Positions 59,879 to 64,000 of a stretch of DNA of 64,000 nucleotides are shown here, piece after piece. Origin of the DNA: an uncultured Gemmatimonadales bacterium. Its GTDB lineage: Bacteria > Gemmatimonadota > Gemmatimonadetes > Gemmatimonadales > GWC2-71-9. The stretch lies in contig CAVOGR010000007.1 in assembly GCA_963695555.1 (NCBI GenBank), positions 448,001 through 512,000 of the forward strand, in the 5' to 3' direction. The notes under the pieces are model-generated. The model saw only the letters and a list, made by a program, of their open reading frames with translations, did not search any database and was not told the origin of the DNA. Both the position numbers and the translations under genes were made by a program. The first letter of the stretch is position 1. Each line of letters begins with the position of its first letter.

Positions 59879-61534
59879 TTACATCAGCCGATACTTGGGT
59901 CCGCTCCCACCTTCGCGCGGTGTCCAGCGCGGCCCCAGCACGTCGGTCGCCTTGCAGTCGACGCAGTTTGGTGCCGCAACGCGGACCCCATTCTCACCCG
60001 CTTCGTAGACCCCGGCCGGACAGAGACTGGTATAGAAGTCGGCCAGCTCCGGCGCCACCTCAGGACTGACCAGGAGATGGCTGGGGATGTCGTCTCGGGT
60101 GGCGTTCCCCGACTTGAACACCGCATCGACCTTGCTGAAGGTGAGGCGACTGTCAGGGACTATTGCCAGGTCCGGACCGGCCCGCCGCGGGACCGCTGCG
60201 TCCTCCGGAACTGCAAGTTGCTTGCCGAAAGCCCGGCCTTTGGTCAGGGCCATCACCCCGGCCTTGGCCGCGCCCGCCACGAGACCGCCTTTGAAGGCCA
60301 ATCGCATGTTGCGGGTCCGGTAGAGTTCTTCCGCGACATAGCTCTCCCGGATCATCCGATCGTAGGCCCCGAGGGTTGCCGCCGACGTGTCACCTTGCTT
60401 GAGCGCCTCGAATGCCGCCCGGGCGGCAAAGACGCCCGATTGCATGGCATAGTGGATGCCTTTCAACGAGGGGACATCCACCAGGCCGACCGAATCACCC
60501 GCCATGAGGACACCATCTCCATGGAAGCGCTCGGGCAGGGAGTAGTAGCCTCCCTCGGGAATGGTCTTGGCGCCCCACTCCAACAACTCACCATCCTCGA
60601 GATATTCACGAAAGAGCGGGTGCGTCTTCATGCGTTGCAGCAGCCAGTGCACGTCGATGTTGGCCCGCGGCGAATCGAGGCCGACCACGAGGCCGAGCGA
60701 GATCTGATTCGGTCCCATGGGATACATCCAGCTGCCGCCAAAGGTGTCCGACGGCAGCGGCCAGCCCAGGGTGTGAACGACCCGGTCGAGCGGCCGCTTG
60801 GTTTCCCAGACTTCCTTGACGCCAAGGGCAAAGATCTGCGGGTTGGGGGATCCGATTCCGCGCCATTCCCGATAGGCCTGGGCCAACATCCCGCGCGACC
60901 CCTCGGCCAGCACGGTGACCTTGGCAACCACGTCGGTGGGCTCGGCGTAGGTGGCGCTCGGTTGGCCATCCCGATCGAGCCCGGATGGAGTGGTCCGCAC
61001 ACCGACCACCCGCGTGCCATCGGTCAGCAGCGCCCCCGCCGGAAATCCCGCGAAAATATCGACCCCCGCGTCCTCGGCGCGTGCTCCCAACCAGCGCACC
61101 ATCTCGCAGAGCGAGGCCGAGTAGAAACCATGGTTGTTCATGGTGGGCGGAGTTGGTGTTCGGATCGCCCGGTGCGCGGTGAGGAAGTACACCGCTTCGC
61201 GTCCGACCGCCTGGCGGAACGGCAGATCCTCGACGGACGTCGTGGGAAAGAGATCGCGAAAGACGCGCGGATTTACGATCGCGCCTGAGAGGCTATGTTC
61301 GCCCAGACTCCCGGCCTTTTCCAACACGCCGACGGACACGTCGCCGATGGTACCGCCCTGTTCACGCTCCGCGCGGACCAGCCTCGTGAGCTCGAGCGCA
61401 CCGGACAGTCCGGCCGGACCGCCGCCGACGAAGAGCACGTCCACCTCGAGCGCTTCGGCGCCCGGGCCATCGGAGATGATCAACTGCTCGAGTGGGAGCT
61501 TCGGCTGATACCTGGCAGGGATGATGTCGGTCAT
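59879..61534 (-). CDS. Electron transfer flavoprotein:quinone oxidoreductase
   Basis: GGGPAG, SLSGA, KGIHYAM, CPAGVYE...NCVDCK, PREGG. Confidence 0.9.
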   Translation of the reverse strand: MTDIIPARYQPKLPLEQLIISDGPGAEALEVDVLFVGGGPAGLSGALELTRLVRAEREQGGTIGDVSVGVLEKAGSLGEHSLSGAIVNPRVFRDLFPTTSVEDLPFRQAVGREAVYFLTAHRAIRTPTPPTMNNHGFYSASLCEMVRWLGARAEDAGVDIFAGFPAGALLTDGTRVVGVRTTPSGLDRDGQPSATYAEPTDVVAKVTVLAEGSRGMLAQAYREWRGIGSPNPQIFALGVKEVWETKRPLDRVVHTLGWPLPSDTFGGSWMYPMGPNQISLGLVVGLDSPRANIDVHWLLQRMKTHPLFREYLEDGELLEWGAKTIPEGGYYSLPERFHGDGVLMAGDSVGLVDVPSLKGIHYAMQSGVFAARAAFEALKQGDTSAATLGAYDRMIRESYVAEELYRTRNMRLAFKGGLVAGAAKAGVMALTKGRAFGKQLAVPEDAAVPRRAGPDLAIVPDSRLTFSKVDAVFKSGNATRDDIPSHLLVSPEVAPELADFYTSLCPAGVYEAGENGVRVAAPNCVDCKATDVLGPRWTPREGGSGPKYRLM

Positions 61535-61938
61535 GCGGCATGCTCCAGGCTGGCTTGGAGTGATGAGTGGAATGCGGCAATATACACCGTTGCCCGGCGC
61601 CGACCCATCCGGAGAGGACGAGCTAACTCCATGTCTAGGCACGTCTTGCCGCTTTCAGCGCCAGGCCGCCAGTATCGCGCCTCTGTTCGGCCCGGAGAGG
61701 CAGCCCTTGGCAAGCGGGGCGCGGGGCCTCATAGTATGCGGGTTCAGGAACCGGGAATTCGCGCCTGTGCGCCGTTCGCCGACGCCCGGCGTCACCCTGG
61801 CATTAACCCTCCGGCGCGTGCCGGATGGTGGCCCGGCGCGGTGCAACCGTCGCCTGGTACCAATTCTGCTAACCGAAACCCCCTAACGGATCCGGCGATC
61901 GTGGCGGATCGGCATTCACCCAACCCCGAAAGAGCCTT

Positions 61939-63549
61939 ATGACTCGACGCCTGCGATCCACGCTCGTCTGGTTTGTTGTCGCCCCGCTCATCGCCCTCGC
62001 CTGGACGGTCTCGGCGGCACACGCAAGCCCGCTCGATGCCGTGTCGGGATTGGCTCTCCCGTCGTCCGGAGCCCTGCACGCGCTTCAGGCAGTGGGCCAG
62101 GGAATGATGGACCAGGTCGACAGCGTCGTCGGCGTGATCAACGGATGGATCGAGGCCTTTTTCTTTGCGGACGTGCTGTTCTTCGATCCCGACCACACCC
62201 TGCCGCTCGCCGTCATCTGGTTGGTGATGGGCGGCATCTTCTTCACGCTCCGCATGGGCTTCGTGAACATCCGGGCGTTCAAGCACGCCGTGAACGTCAC
62301 GCGTGGGGTGTACAGTAACCCGGCCGACCCCGGCGAGGTCAGCCACTTCCAGGCGTTGAGCACGGCCCTCTCGGCGACAGTTGGCCTCGGTAACATCGCG
62401 GGGGTTGCGATCGCGATCTCGGTTGGCGGCCCGGGGGCGACCTTCTGGATGATCATTGCGGGGCTGCTCGGGATGTCGCTCAAGTTCGCCGAAGTGACCC
62501 TGGGCCAGCACTACCGCGAGGTGCGCCCCGACGGCAAGGTGATGGGCGGGCCGATGGAGTATCTCCACAAAGGCCTGCGGGAAAAGGGCATCGGCGGGTT
62601 CGGGAAGTTCCTGGCAATCTTCTACGCGGTGGTCTGCATCGGGGCATCGCTCGGCGGCGGGAACTCATTCCAGGTTAACCAATCGCTGAACGCGATGACT
62701 GCCACGTTCCCGATCCTAGCAACCTATCCCTGGGCCTACGGCTTGATTCTGATGGTGCTGGTCGGCCTGGTGATTCTGGGCGGCATCAAGCGGATCGCCG
62801 GTGCGGCGTCACGCATCGTCCCGTTCATGGCCATCCTCTATGTGGCGGCCGCCATCTACATCTTGGCGGTAAACGCCGCCGCCATTCCGGGCGCGTTCGG
62901 TGAGATCATCCAAGGCGCCTTCAACCCGAGCGCGGCCTTGGGCGGCATCATCGGCGTCTTGGTCCAAGGATTCCGGCGGGCGGCGTTCTCCAACGAAGCC
63001 GGCGCGGGCTCCGCGTCCATCGCCCACTCGGCCGCACGGACGGCCTATCCCGTCCGGGAAGGGGTCGTCGCGCTCCTCGAGCCGTTCATCGACACCGTGG
63101 TCATCTGCACCATGACGGCACTCGTGATTGTGATCACCGGTGCCTGGGACAACCCGGCGTACGCCGATCTCGTGACCGCCAACAACGGAGCGGGCCTCAC
63201 TTCCCGCGCCATGGGTGAGCACCTGACCTGGTTCCCCTATATCTTATCGCTCGCAGTCCTGCTCTTCGCTTACTCAACCATGATTTCGTGGTCGTACTAC
63301 GGGGAGCGGTGCTGGGCCTATCTCTTCGGTGACAAGACCTCGAAGATCTTCCAATTGATTTTCATACTCAACGTGTTTCTGGGCTCGATCATCACGTCGA
63401 CCAACGTGCTCAATTTCGGTGACCTCATGATCCTGGGTCTCGCGTTCCCGAACTTGATCGGGGTCTACATCCTGAGCGGGAAGGTCAAGCAAGACTTCGA
63501 TGACTACTGGGCCAAGTACAAGGCGGGAGAATTCAAGAAATACAAGTAG
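61939..63549 (+). CDS. Alanine/glycine:cation symporter (AGCS family)
   Basis: TVGLGNIAGVA, GGPGA, GGPM, FSNEAGAGS, DTVVICT. Confidence 0.94.
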   Translation: MTRRLRSTLVWFVVAPLIALAWTVSAAHASPLDAVSGLALPSSGALHALQAVGQGMMDQVDSVVGVINGWIEAFFFADVLFFDPDHTLPLAVIWLVMGGIFFTLRMGFVNIRAFKHAVNVTRGVYSNPADPGEVSHFQALSTALSATVGLGNIAGVAIAISVGGPGATFWMIIAGLLGMSLKFAEVTLGQHYREVRPDGKVMGGPMEYLHKGLREKGIGGFGKFLAIFYAVVCIGASLGGGNSFQVNQSLNAMTATFPILATYPWAYGLILMVLVGLVILGGIKRIAGAASRIVPFMAILYVAAAIYILAVNAAAIPGAFGEIIQGAFNPSAALGGIIGVLVQGFRRAAFSNEAGAGSASIAHSAARTAYPVREGVVALLEPFIDTVVICTMTALVIVITGAWDNPAYADLVTANNGAGLTSRAMGEHLTWFPYILSLAVLLFAYSTMISWSYYGERCWAYLFGDKTSKIFQLIFILNVFLGSIITSTNVLNFGDLMILGLAFPNLIGVYILSGKVKQDFDDYWAKYKAGEFKKYK

Positions 63550-63560
63550 GACAGTAGAAA

Positions 63561-63623
63561 GGTGGGGAGTGGGGAGTGGGGAGTGGGTCTTAGGGGCCCG
63601 CTTTCCCACTCCCTTTCGCATTC
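63561..63623. repeat. Third G-rich heptamer/inverted element
   Basis: ggggagt ggggagt gggagt ... tttcccactccc. Confidence 0.6.
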
Positions 63624-63698
63624 CAGGCGGGGGCACCAGATTTTGGAAAAGCGAGAGGCACGCTAGCGGCGAACCATCCACGTATTCGGAGGTGCTCC

Positions 63699-64000
63699 AT
63701 GAAGATTCGCCTGGCGCAGGCTGCGGTGGTCGCTTTGCTCCTTTCTTTCGCAACCGCGCTCCATGCCCAGATCCCTTACGCGCTAGTCCAACTCGACGCC
63801 GACTGGGAAGCCGCCTTCAACGCCGGCGATTGGGAGGCCGTGGCCGGCCTCTACACCGAGGATGCCATTCGCTATCCTCCCGAGATGCCCCCGATCAAAG
63901 GGCGGGCCGCCATCCGCGACGACGTGGCCCACTCCGCGGGCATGCAGATCAGCACTGCGTTTCTAGGTGGGTTAATGGGGGATGAGATTGGGGTCAGTTG
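63699..64000 (+). CDS. Secreted SnoaL/DUF4440 (NTF2-like) protein, runs off window
   Basis: GGAGGT RBS; signal peptide; WEAAFNAGD..LYTEDA..PP..P.IKGRAAI. Confidence 0.75.
   Translation, partial: MKIRLAQAAVVALLLSFATALHAQIPYALVQLDADWEAAFNAGDWEAVAGLYTEDAIRYPPEMPPIKGRAAIRDDVAHSAGMQISTAFLGGLMGDEIGVS

Noticed and set aside
58655..61288. Long antisense ORFs (also 25798-27531, 30651-32261, 19099-20493, 8549-9712 and others)
   Set aside because: Shadows of well-supported opposite-strand genes, expected at high GC3; no motifs.
61605..61750. Possible tandem glycine riboswitch upstream of the alanine/glycine symporter (two CCGGAGAGG followed by CTTTCAG and TTCAGG)
   Set aside because: Lacks the conserved CCGAAG element and convincing stems; an Infernal search with the glycine riboswitch model would settle it.

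Overview
GC-rich (visually about 65-70%) bacterial chromosomal segment of mostly core genes. Gene content and style suggest Gemmatimonadota, which is inference only. In order it holds: a Ca/Na antiporter; a 1685-aa cation-chloride-cotransporter/P-loop/wHTH fusion coupled to an MscS-like gene; tRNA-Leu(TAG) followed by two structured repeats that copy its 3' end; tig-clpP-clpX-engB; an orphan GspE/PilB ATPase with a C-terminal receiver domain; an FHA-GAF adenylate cyclase; glmM-glmS; an M48 peptidase-purD-mutM-UvrC/Cho-like operon; futalosine-type menaquinone genes (ubiE/menG, ubiD, ubiA, ubiX, carrying 5 indels); a SigW-like ECF sigma/anti-sigma operon; guaB-nrnA-nifU-mrp; gpmI; a pterin/Moco cluster (PTPS, fdhD, mobAB, moeA); htpX; an MFS transporter; a frameshifted yjbQ; a GGDEF protein; ETF-QO; and an alanine/Na+ symporter. 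I saw no integrase, transposase, prophage, CRISPR array or rRNA. Best leads: (1) two SigW-type promoters (TGAAAC-N16/17-CGTA), one built from the sigma gene's own stop codon and one in front of the peptidase/DNA-repair operon; (2) the tRNA-linked repeats, which show a compensatory base-pair change; (3) the CCC-NTPase-wHTH + MscS module; (4) a Cys-less ExxHxH (PTPS-III-like) pterin enzyme; (5) a dispersed heptamer/inverted-heptamer element family. All calls come from reading motifs by eye; no database searches were run.
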